This document shows positions 33,169-40,905 of a stretch of 52,202 bases of DNA, piece after piece. Position 1 is the stretch's first letter, and each line of letters starts with the position of its first letter. Made by a program: the position numbers and the translations under genes. The stretch covers positions 1 through 52,202 of the IMG/VR virus record IMGVR_UViG_3300037246_000766. The stretch is one strand, 5' to 3'. The stretch comes from a virus. Taxonomy: Duplodnaviria > Caudoviricetes. The notes beneath the pieces are model-generated. The model saw only the letters and a program-made list of their open reading frames with translations. It had not been told where the DNA came from and made no database searches.

Positions 33169-35685
33169 TTATGACGTTGTCCGCTTCGAACCCGTCGCGG
33201 GCACGCCTTTGATGTGGGCTCTTCGTTTCTGCAGCCATCGCTTCCACTCCCGTATGGTTTTGCCTTCAGCATGGAACGTGAGGCCCTTGATGCCGCGCAT
33301 GACATCATCACCTATGCGCACAGCGCGTATCTCCATGCCGCGTTTACCTAAGAACTTGGTGAACTTGTGCGGCGTCTTAAAGGTGACACCACATATGTAG
33401 TAGAAGAGAACGGTGAGCATGTCTCGCGAGATATTAACCTTGTGGTCCAGCTCACTCATGATCTGGTTCAAGATCTCTGCATACGTGGGCGGATTGTCGA
33501 GACCTGTGTCGAGCGCCACTTTACCTGAGATCTCTCTATCTGGAGCATTGTCGACAAAGAACTGAGCATTACCTCGCCTGAGAGCATCGACAACTTCATC
33601 GGAAGAGTCTCTCGTAAGGTGCTGAAGCCTTGTTCGCTCAGCTGAATGGTACATCTCTCTAGCAAGTTGAAGATCAGCCGGTCTCCCAAGAAGGTATCCG
33701 GCAAACTTTTCCAACTCCCCAGGTAATCGATCTTCAATATCTGTAACTCTGAGGACAGTGCTGAGAGGAGCCTCTTGACGCGGCGCAATGAGGAAGCGTC
33801 TATCGGACGGATCCACTTCCATTGAATCGTGATGATTTGAGGCGAAGACGAAGTTGGCATGGTTATCTATGAGGTACTGATCTGTCCTCATCCTCCTGAT
33901 TGCGACGTTGGCGTCGGTGATGAGCTGCTTGAGGTTAGAAAGGGCGGTGCTTGCTTTCGTGAGTTCAGAGATCCGAACTTCATCTACGAAAACTAGGAGG
34001 GCACGTTCCATGAACGCGTTGAACTCTTTCTCGAACACTGGGAGCGTCGTACGCGTGACGTAATCGAGTCCCAACAGCTTTGCCATGATCTCGTTAAAGT
34101 AAACTCCCTTCCCTGTGCCCTGAGTACCCGAGAGCAACCACGCAGTGCCAATGACTCTGCGATGCTGCACAATACAAGCATTCCAATTAAGAAACCGTTC
34201 GTATGCTTCATCATCGTCTCCTGTTACATGCTTGAGTACGCGTGCAATGGTCTTCGGCACACTTGAATACTTCTTAGCGAACATGAGAGGCGGGGGATTG
34301 TAGAGGTTGATCTTCTTCGCATCGGGATCGAGCTTGTATGTAGCGTCACTGAAGTCGAAGCCCACTGACCACCGCTCAAGGAACTCAGGAACCGGTACCG
34401 CGTATTCTTTGCAGAAGTCCTTTACCTGGACCCGTGCTCCGATATCCGCATACCCGAAGGTCCTTGTCGACGGTTCATATCTAAGTCCGAAGTAACCTCC
34501 GGTCTTGTCATTGATGCCGACGATTGTGTACCACCCATCTGGCGCTTGCTCATCCTCTGTTTTTGTTTTATCGACAGCATCCCCTTGTGTCTCATCCACG
34601 TCAGGATCAGTCCGGGCGACACTGCTGACAGCGCTGTCTCCAACTCCATCACTTTGTGCTCTATACTCTTGAGCAGCTCGATTTGCCTGTGCGTAATGCT
34701 GGGGAAAGACTTCTTCAATGAGCAGCCCCGGCTCGCTCTTGAAGTTTCGAAGCACACGGGGATTTCCATTTGGATAGTAGTACCCCCAAGAGTCTCCACC
34801 GTTAAGGTTGAGATAAGTGAAATGCGTACCGCGTCTTTCGCCGGTGATTTCGATGGTGTCTTTGACATTCTTCAATACCTCGACATCTTCAATGACTGTG
34901 GTGGCATCTGAGCGTCTAAGGCTCAGCCCCTCGGCTTTGCGTAGGATGTTGAGCTGCTTGAGACTGAGGCGTGCTATCTCACGCGTGTTGATCTCAGTGG
35001 CAAAGTCGTAGCTCAGAACAGCGTAGCGCTTCTTAACGAACTGAATTCGATCTCCCTTGAAAGAGTCTTTGACTCCTCGACCTAGCTGCGCAGGCGCTAC
35101 GTAAATGAGTTTGTCGTTTTGGCAGGTAGTGATATCGAGAGGGTATTTGAGGGCAGCACCTGTGCGAGCTAGCTTGAGCTGGTCTCTGATTGCTGTGACC
35201 TCGAAGTTCATTCGTTGGAGCCAACGCTTGAGCACATCAGCCTTGGTCTCTTTAATGAGGAAGAATATGTGAGCACTGAGTCCCTTGTCGACTATGCCCA
35301 TAGAGGATGAGTACTGAACGACGTGACTCGTGCTTCTGAATGCCTGGGGCAGTAATGCGAGGAACTGCTCGATGTCCTCTACACCCGTGATGCCGTCCAG
35401 GTCTAAACAGATCCATTCGGTGTCATCGCTGGGCTCTGTGCTCCCGGCTCTGGACTCGCTGTTGAGCTGCTTATGGCATGTGCCCTTAAGCAGGCAACCA
35501 CCTTTGTCCGCGACCTTTTGGGACCAAGCGCCAAGCTCTTGGATGGTGCGAACCGTGTGCGTAATGGATTTGAATTTAAGGACATGAGGGTAGGATGAGA
35601 CTTTAAGTTCCCCATCCTTTTTCGTGAATGCTTTCCCCAATCGTGTGCCGTCAGACGCAAATAATGCGGTGATATCGACCTTCAT
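33169..35685 (-). CDS. primase-helicase (N-terminal AEP-like primase, C-terminal SF3/DUF5906-like NTPase)
   Basis: ICLDLD and SAHIFF (primase); Walker A GTQGTGKG, Walker B VFVDE, FASNH and DRRF (helicase). Confidence 0.88.
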   Translation of the reverse strand: MKVDITALFASDGTRLGKAFTKKDGELKVSSYPHVLKFKSITHTVRTIQELGAWSQKVADKGGCLLKGTCHKQLNSESRAGSTEPSDDTEWICLDLDGITGVEDIEQFLALLPQAFRSTSHVVQYSSSMGIVDKGLSAHIFFLIKETKADVLKRWLQRMNFEVTAIRDQLKLARTGAALKYPLDITTCQNDKLIYVAPAQLGRGVKDSFKGDRIQFVKKRYAVLSYDFATEINTREIARLSLKQLNILRKAEGLSLRRSDATTVIEDVEVLKNVKDTIEITGERRGTHFTYLNLNGGDSWGYYYPNGNPRVLRNFKSEPGLLIEEVFPQHYAQANRAAQEYRAQSDGVGDSAVSSVARTDPDVDETQGDAVDKTKTEDEQAPDGWYTIVGINDKTGGYFGLRYEPSTRTFGYADIGARVQVKDFCKEYAVPVPEFLERWSVGFDFSDATYKLDPDAKKINLYNPPPLMFAKKYSSVPKTIARVLKHVTGDDDEAYERFLNWNACIVQHRRVIGTAWLLSGTQGTGKGVYFNEIMAKLLGLDYVTRTTLPVFEKEFNAFMERALLVFVDEVRISELTKASTALSNLKQLITDANVAIRRMRTDQYLIDNHANFVFASNHHDSMEVDPSDRRFLIAPRQEAPLSTVLRVTDIEDRLPGELEKFAGYLLGRPADLQLAREMYHSAERTRLQHLTRDSSDEVVDALRRGNAQFFVDNAPDREISGKVALDTGLDNPPTYAEILNQIMSELDHKVNISRDMLTVLFYYICGVTFKTPHKFTKFLGKRGMEIRAVRIGDDVMRGIKGLTFHAEGKTIREWKRWLQKRRAHIKGVPATGSKRTTS

Positions 35686-35751
35686 CTAGGACCTCATCAA
35701 GTGGCTAAAAACCGTAACAAACGGCTTAGTTTTTCTGGGCGTCGGAAGCAG

Positions 35752-35780
35752 ATTCTAACATCATGCAAGGGGTGCATAAA
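35752..35780 (-). promoter_or_regulatory. extended -10 promoter upstream of primase
   Basis: TTTATG-17 bp-TAGAAT with an extended -10 (TGtTAGAAT). Confidence 0.5.
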
Positions 35781-35953
35781 GCTTTATTTGAGCCAGTCAA
35801 AACTGACCTTCTTGTTGTTGAACATGAATCAAAACGGTAACGCTGAATTAAGGCATATTCTTTAAGCATATCAATGATGTAACGATATATTGTTACAACT
35901 ATAACTATAACAGTAATACACTATACATCATGCATGCTGGGTGCGAGTTTATG

Positions 35954-35991
35954 AAAGAGGCCCCCTATAGCTGGTATAGGGGGATCTTTTT
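35954..35991. terminator. hairpin, possibly a bidirectional terminator
   Basis: aaagagg-ccccctata-gctgg-tataggggg-atcttttt. Confidence 0.55.
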
Positions 35992-36149
35992 GCTTCGTTA
36001 CACAGGTCTCTTCTGATGGAGGCTCGTCGCGATCTCGGTCGGGTCCTCCAGGGAGGGACATGTGGACCAGATTGCGTTCGATAGCTCGGCTGTAGACATT
36101 AAAATTGTACTGCAAATAGCAGCAGTGCAGACGATCAGGACCATTCCTT

Positions 36150-36380
36150 TCAGCATGCCTGCCGTCCCGCCTCGATGAGCTTCTGAACCTGATGAATGAC
36201 GACACCGGCAGCAGCTGCTGAGATCTGAGCACAGGATCGATTGGTTGTGACGATGTCCTCCATACCATATTCCAGAGTCTTGCAGTTGAAGAAGCGCACC
36301 ATTTTGATGAGGGTGGGCTTGTCAGTGCATGTACGTGGCTTGAGGCCCACGCAGCCGCAGTGGAATCTGTAGAGCTTCAT
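36150..36380 (-). CDS. hypothetical protein
   Basis: RFHCGCVG motif; ATGA overlap. Confidence 0.5.
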   Translation of the reverse strand: MKLYRFHCGCVGLKPRTCTDKPTLIKMVRFFNCKTLEYGMEDIVTTNRSCAQISAAAAGVVIHQVQKLIEAGRQAC

Positions 36381-36787
36381 GGCTGAAAATCCTTCTTTGG
36401 GTTGAGGCGAATCTTGTGCCCGGTTGCTGGGTTGTACTCATAGACCTTGAGATGGGAGGGCATCACTATGTAGCGCTGTAGGTTGCCCTTCGGATCGAGT
36501 CGGTTCTCGATGTGCGAACGCATGCTCCCATGATAAGCGTTGATGACCTGAACCTTGTCCAGAGACCAAGCCATCGTCATGCCAAACGATTTGAGTTCGT
36601 AGAAGCACATACCCTGTTGGAGAGCGATCTTGCGATCATCGATCTCGATCTTGTTGTGGCATCTGGTGAAGCCCTCGACTCGCATGCGCTCCCACTCTTG
36701 CTTCTTACGCCGTAGCTCACGGTGATGAAGCTTGTGCTTGGGAGTCTGGTCGATCTTGACAGTAGGCATTCCTGCTGGCTCAGTCAT
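36377..36787 (-). CDS. hypothetical protein
   Basis: AGGA RBS; packed ORF. Confidence 0.55.
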   Translation of the reverse strand: MTEPAGMPTVKIDQTPKHKLHHRELRRKKQEWERMRVEGFTRCHNKIEIDDRKIALQQGMCFYELKSFGMTMAWSLDKVQVINAYHGSMRSHIENRLDPKGNLQRYIVMPSHLKVYEYNPATGHKIRLNPKKDFQP

Positions 36788-36968
36788 GATGATATTCCTG
36801 TTCGTGGATCTTGCGTTCAATTGTACGGGTGATTACTGCAACCGCACGCATGCGACTGTCGCTAGCAGTGCGCTCATAAGCGGTGTCAACAGCACTGGGT
36901 CTATCATCGAGACAAGTTTCGAGTACCCAATGACTGCCTTTCATTACGAGAATGATGTGTCTGTTCAT
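36780..36968 (-). CDS. hypothetical protein
   Basis: GGAGG RBS; ATGA overlap. Confidence 0.5.
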   Translation of the reverse strand: MNRHIILVMKGSHWVLETCLDDRPSAVDTAYERTASDSRMRAVAVITRTIERKIHEQEYHHD

Positions 36969-37270
36969 GCTGGTACCTCCATTGGGAGGAACAAATACTT
37001 GCTCACCCATAACAGGAGTGAGAGTGCGATGCCTCCAATGGCTGCTGTCATGCTTCCGCTGAATGTGCCTGCGAGCATGTACATCATTGTGCCTGTGAAT
37101 ACGACATCAACGTACGCGTGGTTGCGTAGCAGTGTGTCGCGGAATGGGACTGACATTACGAGTATATAGAATACCAATGCAGTCGCTGCGCCCGGAAGCG
37201 CGAACTCAATTATCGTTTCCAATTTGCTCTCCTCGTTTGCGTAGATTAGCACTACTGCCAATAAGTACAA
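36965..37270 (-). CDS. membrane protein
   Basis: Several TM segments; DV.FT.......GTFSG.M.A..GG motif. Confidence 0.6.
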   Translation of the reverse strand: MYLLAVVLIYANEESKLETIIEFALPGAATALVFYILVMSVPFRDTLLRNHAYVDVVFTGTMMYMLAGTFSGSMTAAIGGIALSLLLWVSKYLFLPMEVPA

Positions 37271-37469
37271 TAGCGATGTATCCGAATACCACTTCAGACA
37301 CTCCCTTCATGAATAGGCTCCAGCTGAATTTGCATGCCCAGTCATCAGTCTTCCAACGACACTGGTTGTAGAACATGTCTACTGGTTCCATCATCTGTAT
37401 GGCATCGCCCACGATCACCACGATAATGATCAGAGGGATGTAGAGAAAGCATTTATCAGAGAAGGACAT
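37206..37469 (-). CDS. membrane protein
   Basis: Two hydrophobic helices; GGAGG RBS. Confidence 0.5.
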   Translation of the reverse strand: MSFSDKCFLYIPLIIIVVIVGDAIQMMEPVDMFYNQCRWKTDDWACKFSWSLFMKGVSEVVFGYIAIVLIGSSANLRKRGEQIGNDN

Positions 37470-37551
37470 TTGCGCCTCCGCACATTAGGAAGGTGACAAG
37501 GAGGATGGTAGCCCCACTGATCGCGAGGCTGAGTCTGTCTTGAGTGTTCAT
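37456..37551 (-). CDS. tiny hydrophobic peptide (31 aa)
   Basis: MNTQDRLSLAISGATILLVTFLMCGGANVLL; AGGAG RBS. Confidence 0.4.
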   Translation of the reverse strand: MNTQDRLSLAISGATILLVTFLMCGGANVLL

Positions 37552-37592
37552 AGCCCATGGACTCCTGGCCCTGCGGCGTGGGACCAAAGCAG

Positions 37593-37634
37593 AAAAAAGG
37601 CGAGACACAGCCAGGGTGGCAGCTGTGCCTCGCC
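37593..37634 (-). terminator. Rho-independent terminator
   Basis: - strand reads ggcgaggcacagc...ggctgtgtctcgcc-tttttt, just after the 37647 stop. Confidence 0.8.
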
Positions 37635-37646
37635 AACGGGGAAAAC

Positions 37647-37949
37647 CTAAGCGGCGAAGTGAAGACCGGTCGTCCAGTCGAGCATCGTCTTCGACACGGT
37701 GATGAGCTTCACGTTCGTGATGTGCAGGTCGGTCGCAGCCTGCTGGCCGTAGTCGAGGTACTGACCCATCAGCAGTCCGAACTGCTCGGGGGTCATGCGC
37801 CACGGCTTGGGAGAGCTTGCGCATGCCTCAACGGCATCCTTACTCTCTTTGAGACCAGCGCCGGTTGCGGCACGCACTGCCTTGATGGCAGAGATCTTTC
37901 GACCGTCGTCCACCCATTCACAGGTGAACTCGATGTACTTCGTAGACAT
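37647..37949 (-). CDS. ribosomal protein bL12 (L7/L12) C-terminal-domain-like protein
   Basis: KISAIKAVRAATGAGLKESKDAVE matches the bL12 signature K..VIK.VR..TGLGLKEAK..VE. Confidence 0.8.
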   Translation of the reverse strand: MSTKYIEFTCEWVDDGRKISAIKAVRAATGAGLKESKDAVEACASSPKPWRMTPEQFGLLMGQYLDYGQQAATDLHITNVKLITVSKTMLDWTTGLHFAA

Positions 37950-37954
37950 GATGG

Positions 37955-38040
37955 TGACCTCCTGGTCATGTGATGAGCGGATGCTCACTTACCTACTCCA
38001 TCGTTGATGAGGCAGGTAAGTGAGCACGTCCTTGTGCTCA
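37955..38040 (-). promoter_or_regulatory. structured leader with CsrA/RsmA-type GGA hairpins
   Basis: UGAGCAC-AAGGAC-GUGCUCA (fits ACANGGANGU); RBS hairpin UGACC-AGGA-GGUCA; overlapping alternative stems. Confidence 0.5.
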
Positions 38041-38052
38041 GGGATTACTCCG

Positions 38053-38781
38053 TTATACGCCGCAGTCGACGGACTTGGCGGCATTGCGCATACGAACCTT
38101 GGCAGCGACGGCTTTGTTGTCGTCGTTGGTTTTGTTCGTCGAGTTGCGCAGACGCTGCTTCGTGTCCAGGTCCTGGTACATCTGCTCCTGCGTCAGGTCG
38201 TCGGCAGAGTAGCCAGCGCCCTTCAACAGGTTGATGACCAGGGTGTTCTTCTGGATGAACTCGGCATTACGCAAGATGTTCGCGTACTGCTTGCCGGTGA
38301 TTCCACGCGAATCATCGTTCCGAGTGTAGCCAGCCGGGTGTAACTCCCGATTGAACACGAACTCGTCCGGGTTGGACGCCACGCCGGGGGCGATTTCGAA
38401 CACGTCCTCGAACGAGGGCAGAGTGCCGAATTCACCAAGCATCATCGCAATCCAATACAGGTTGCTCGCGTTGGCCTCCTTCAGCAGGACGGACTGCTCG
38501 GTGCAGTGCGCGTGAAAGTTGACATCGATGAAGAGGATGCCAATGGTAGCAGGCGAACGAGCGTTCAGCTGCGGCAGGTTGCCGATGTCTTCGGCGTTGG
38601 TGGGCTCGGGTGCATCGTTGGGCTTGTCAGTATTCTTACTCACGTTTAAGTACTCCTCAATTGATAAAAGAACGCCCGTCTCCTCCTGATAATCCTCAAT
38701 TGCTTGAAGTATCTCAGTTGGTTCAAGGCGTGAGTCAGGCGTTACAGCCGCCATAAGCTGTGGATCTGTGTTGAATTCCAC
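38053..38781 (-). CDS. acidic early protein
   Basis: 242-aa ORF; GTG start with AGGAGG RBS. Confidence 0.7.
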   Translation of the reverse strand: MEFNTDPQLMAAVTPDSRLEPTEILQAIEDYQEETGVLLSIEEYLNVSKNTDKPNDAPEPTNAEDIGNLPQLNARSPATIGILFIDVNFHAHCTEQSVLLKEANASNLYWIAMMLGEFGTLPSFEDVFEIAPGVASNPDEFVFNRELHPAGYTRNDDSRGITGKQYANILRNAEFIQKNTLVINLLKGAGYSADDLTQEQMYQDLDTKQRLRNSTNKTNDDNKAVAAKVRMRNAAKSVDCGV

Positions 38782-38873
38782 AAGACCCTCCTACGTAATG
38801 GGCGTCCATGCCCTGGTACATCCTTCACAACACACAGTGCGCATCGTTCGCCGTCTCTTAGGCGAGCGATGTC

Positions 38874-39092
38874 TTAGTGACGTGCCTCGTAGAGTTCGAT
38901 GTCGATCTCCACGTTCTCAAGCATCTCGTACGCGTGGTCGCTGGGCTCGTTAGCACAGAGCACCAGTTCCAATGCGGCTTCGGCTTTCGCGAGCTTGGCT
39001 TCTAGCTGCTCGATGGTTTCCTGGGCCTCACATAATGAGACCAACGCGTTGTCCCTGAAGGACTGCATCTGACTGTACGCACTCATGGGCAT
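38874..39092 (-). CDS. small coiled-coil early protein
   Basis: TIEQLEAKLAKAEAALE; flanked by hairpins. Confidence 0.6.
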   Translation of the reverse strand: MPMSAYSQMQSFRDNALVSLCEAQETIEQLEAKLAKAEAALELVLCANEPSDHAYEMLENVEIDIELYEARH

Positions 39093-39178
39093 TTCCTTGT
39101 AGGTTGATGAATATCAGTAGGATAGGGTCAGGCAAGGCAAGCGTGCCCTACCTGACCCCGGCGCGGGGAGCCGAGTGC

Positions 39179-39355
39179 CTAGTCCTTGGCAGTCCAACCC
39201 GGTCCCGCTTTGACGCTGACGTCGGGGAGCAAGTCCCAAGCGCCGAGTGCTACGTTCGCAGTTGCGTCGAAGCATGTGGTGAAGAACTCAGCTATGTCCT
39301 CACAGACATTGGTGCTGGGCGCTTCGGGCTTAGCAGTCTTGGTCTTTGCAGTCAT
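39179..39355 (-). CDS. hypothetical early protein (58 aa)
   Basis: ggagtacataccATG leader; MTAKTKTAKPEAP...; not in the ORF track. Confidence 0.6.
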   Translation of the reverse strand: MTAKTKTAKPEAPSTNVCEDIAEFFTTCFDATANVALGAWDLLPDVSVKAGPGWTAKD

Positions 39356-39429
39356 GGTATGTACTCCAGTGGTTAAGGGACAATCGCACTAAGCTAGGGC
39401 ACTGTACTTACGTACAGCACCCTTGGCGC

Positions 39430-39648
39430 TCAGTGCTTGGCAGCACCTCTGTCGAGTGCAGCCTGCATGCCCGGTCCTACCGTGCGCTTGGCCTTGGGCT
39501 TGGTGCCCTGCCCTTCGAGCTTGGCTATGCGTGCAGCCTGCACCTTGCAGAAGATAGCGGCTGTGTCCATGCGGTGCATGAGGCCCTGTATGATCTTGTC
39601 TTGGGCTGCAACGACGTCGGCTAGCTGAGCTACGGTGATCTTAGCCAT
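39430..39648 (-). CDS. first early gene, small coiled-coil protein
   Basis: ggagtatataccATG leader; MAKITVAQLADVV... Confidence 0.65.
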   Translation of the reverse strand: MAKITVAQLADVVAAQDKIIQGLMHRMDTAAIFCKVQAARIAKLEGQGTKPKAKRTVGPGMQAALDRGAAKH

Positions 39649-39649
39649 G

Positions 39650-40420
39650 GTATATACTCCAATGTGGCTGGGTGGCGAGCACCAGTTGTTGGTACTCATC
39701 TCGCAACACCCGGTGCTTCGCGTTGTGTGCTCTTGCACAACGCGAGGGATGCTGAGAGAGAAGAGGGACCCAATGCCAACTCCGAATCCGAAGTGGGGTC
39801 CCGGCGCTCAGTTCCCCAAGGGGGAGCAGTGCGCGTGGTACCCGATCCTTTTTGAAAAGTTTTCGCGTTATTATTTTTCAGAATTTTATAACGCATTCGT
39901 TATTTTGTAGGTGCAGTCGACCTACTTGACCCCGGTTTCCGGAAACTCGGGGACAACCGTTACCGGGAACGCGCAACAATGCGCAAAGCACTGAATTCTC
40001 AGAAATTGTGCATCATCACGTTGGATGTGAGGATTAAATGCACAAAGGATTAGTTTTCAATACTTTACGCGTTCAAAAACGCAAAGCGCGTAGAACTGTA
40101 TGCAATTTGCGTATCCAATTTGGAATTTCAGTATTTTGTTGCCTTCATGAGCCCCTAAAGCCGGTTAAGGTGCCTTTAAGAGCACATTTCGCTTGACAGC
40201 CCCCCTACAAGAGCATGCTAGACTCAAATCTGAGTAGCTCTCCTCACGGTTGCTCGGCGTCCGAAGCCCTGGCTGATTTGCCCCCCTTATCAGTCAGGGC
40301 TTCACTTTATCCCCCAAACGTACCCCAAAGCATACGCTTGCAGTTGATTTCTGCGTATGCGAGGGAGTATTCTCCGCGTCGTAACTGTCTGAGTAACCAC
40401 AACCCTTTGGCCCGAGGACG
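39650..40420. other. divergent control region / probable genome-end or packaging region
   Basis: ~770 nt with no credible ORF between the leftward early genes and terS; several inverted repeats and phased T-tracts. Confidence 0.5.
40193..40224 (+). promoter_or_regulatory. possible rightward promoter for packaging genes
   Basis: TTGACA at 40193 and extended -10 TGcTAGACT at 40216-40224; the 20-bp spacing is non-optimal. Confidence 0.35.
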
Positions 40421-40422
40421 CC

Positions 40423-40905
40423 ATGAAACGAGATCCGGTGAAGGTCCAGCTGTTCATCGAGAACGCTGGCATGGGAAAGTCTCCACAGACCGCTGCGCGG
40501 GCTGCGGGCTATTCCAATCCTGGCCGCGAGGGACGGGCACTGATGAAAATCCCCGCAGTCCTGCATGCGATCAAGACAATTCAGCTCGAAAACCGCAAGA
40601 ACTCAGCCCTGAGTCGCAAAGACGTCATGGAGAACCTGATTGACGCCTTCGCTTTGGCGAGAACGCTCTCAGACCCACAGGCCATGATCCGAGCGATGTC
40701 CGAAGTGAACCGCATGTCTGGTTACTACGCTCCTGAGAAGAAAATCATCGAGCTGCAGGAGGGAGCCAAGCGCTTAGAGGCCGAAGTCGAAGCCTTCACG
40801 AAGCAGGAACTGCTCGAAATGCTCGTGAAGGAAGAAGAGACTCCGTTCTTGGAGGCGCAGAAGCAAGAGGATGGGAGTTTTGTCGTTGAGGAAGAGGCGG
40901 CATGA
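40423..40905 (+). CDS. terS: terminase small subunit
   Basis: AARAAGYS HTH, ALSRKDV...L.DA and E.NRMSGYYAPEK; directly upstream of the large subunit. Confidence 0.85.
   Translation: MKRDPVKVQLFIENAGMGKSPQTAARAAGYSNPGREGRALMKIPAVLHAIKTIQLENRKNSALSRKDVMENLIDAFALARTLSDPQAMIRAMSEVNRMSGYYAPEKKIIELQEGAKRLEAEVEAFTKQELLEMLVKEEETPFLEAQKQEDGSFVVEEEAA

Noticed and set aside
6826-39648. Integrase/repressor lysogeny module or flanking host genes
   Set aside because: No tyrosine or serine recombinase motifs and no cellular housekeeping operons; clpP and the bL12-like gene are embedded in phage operons.
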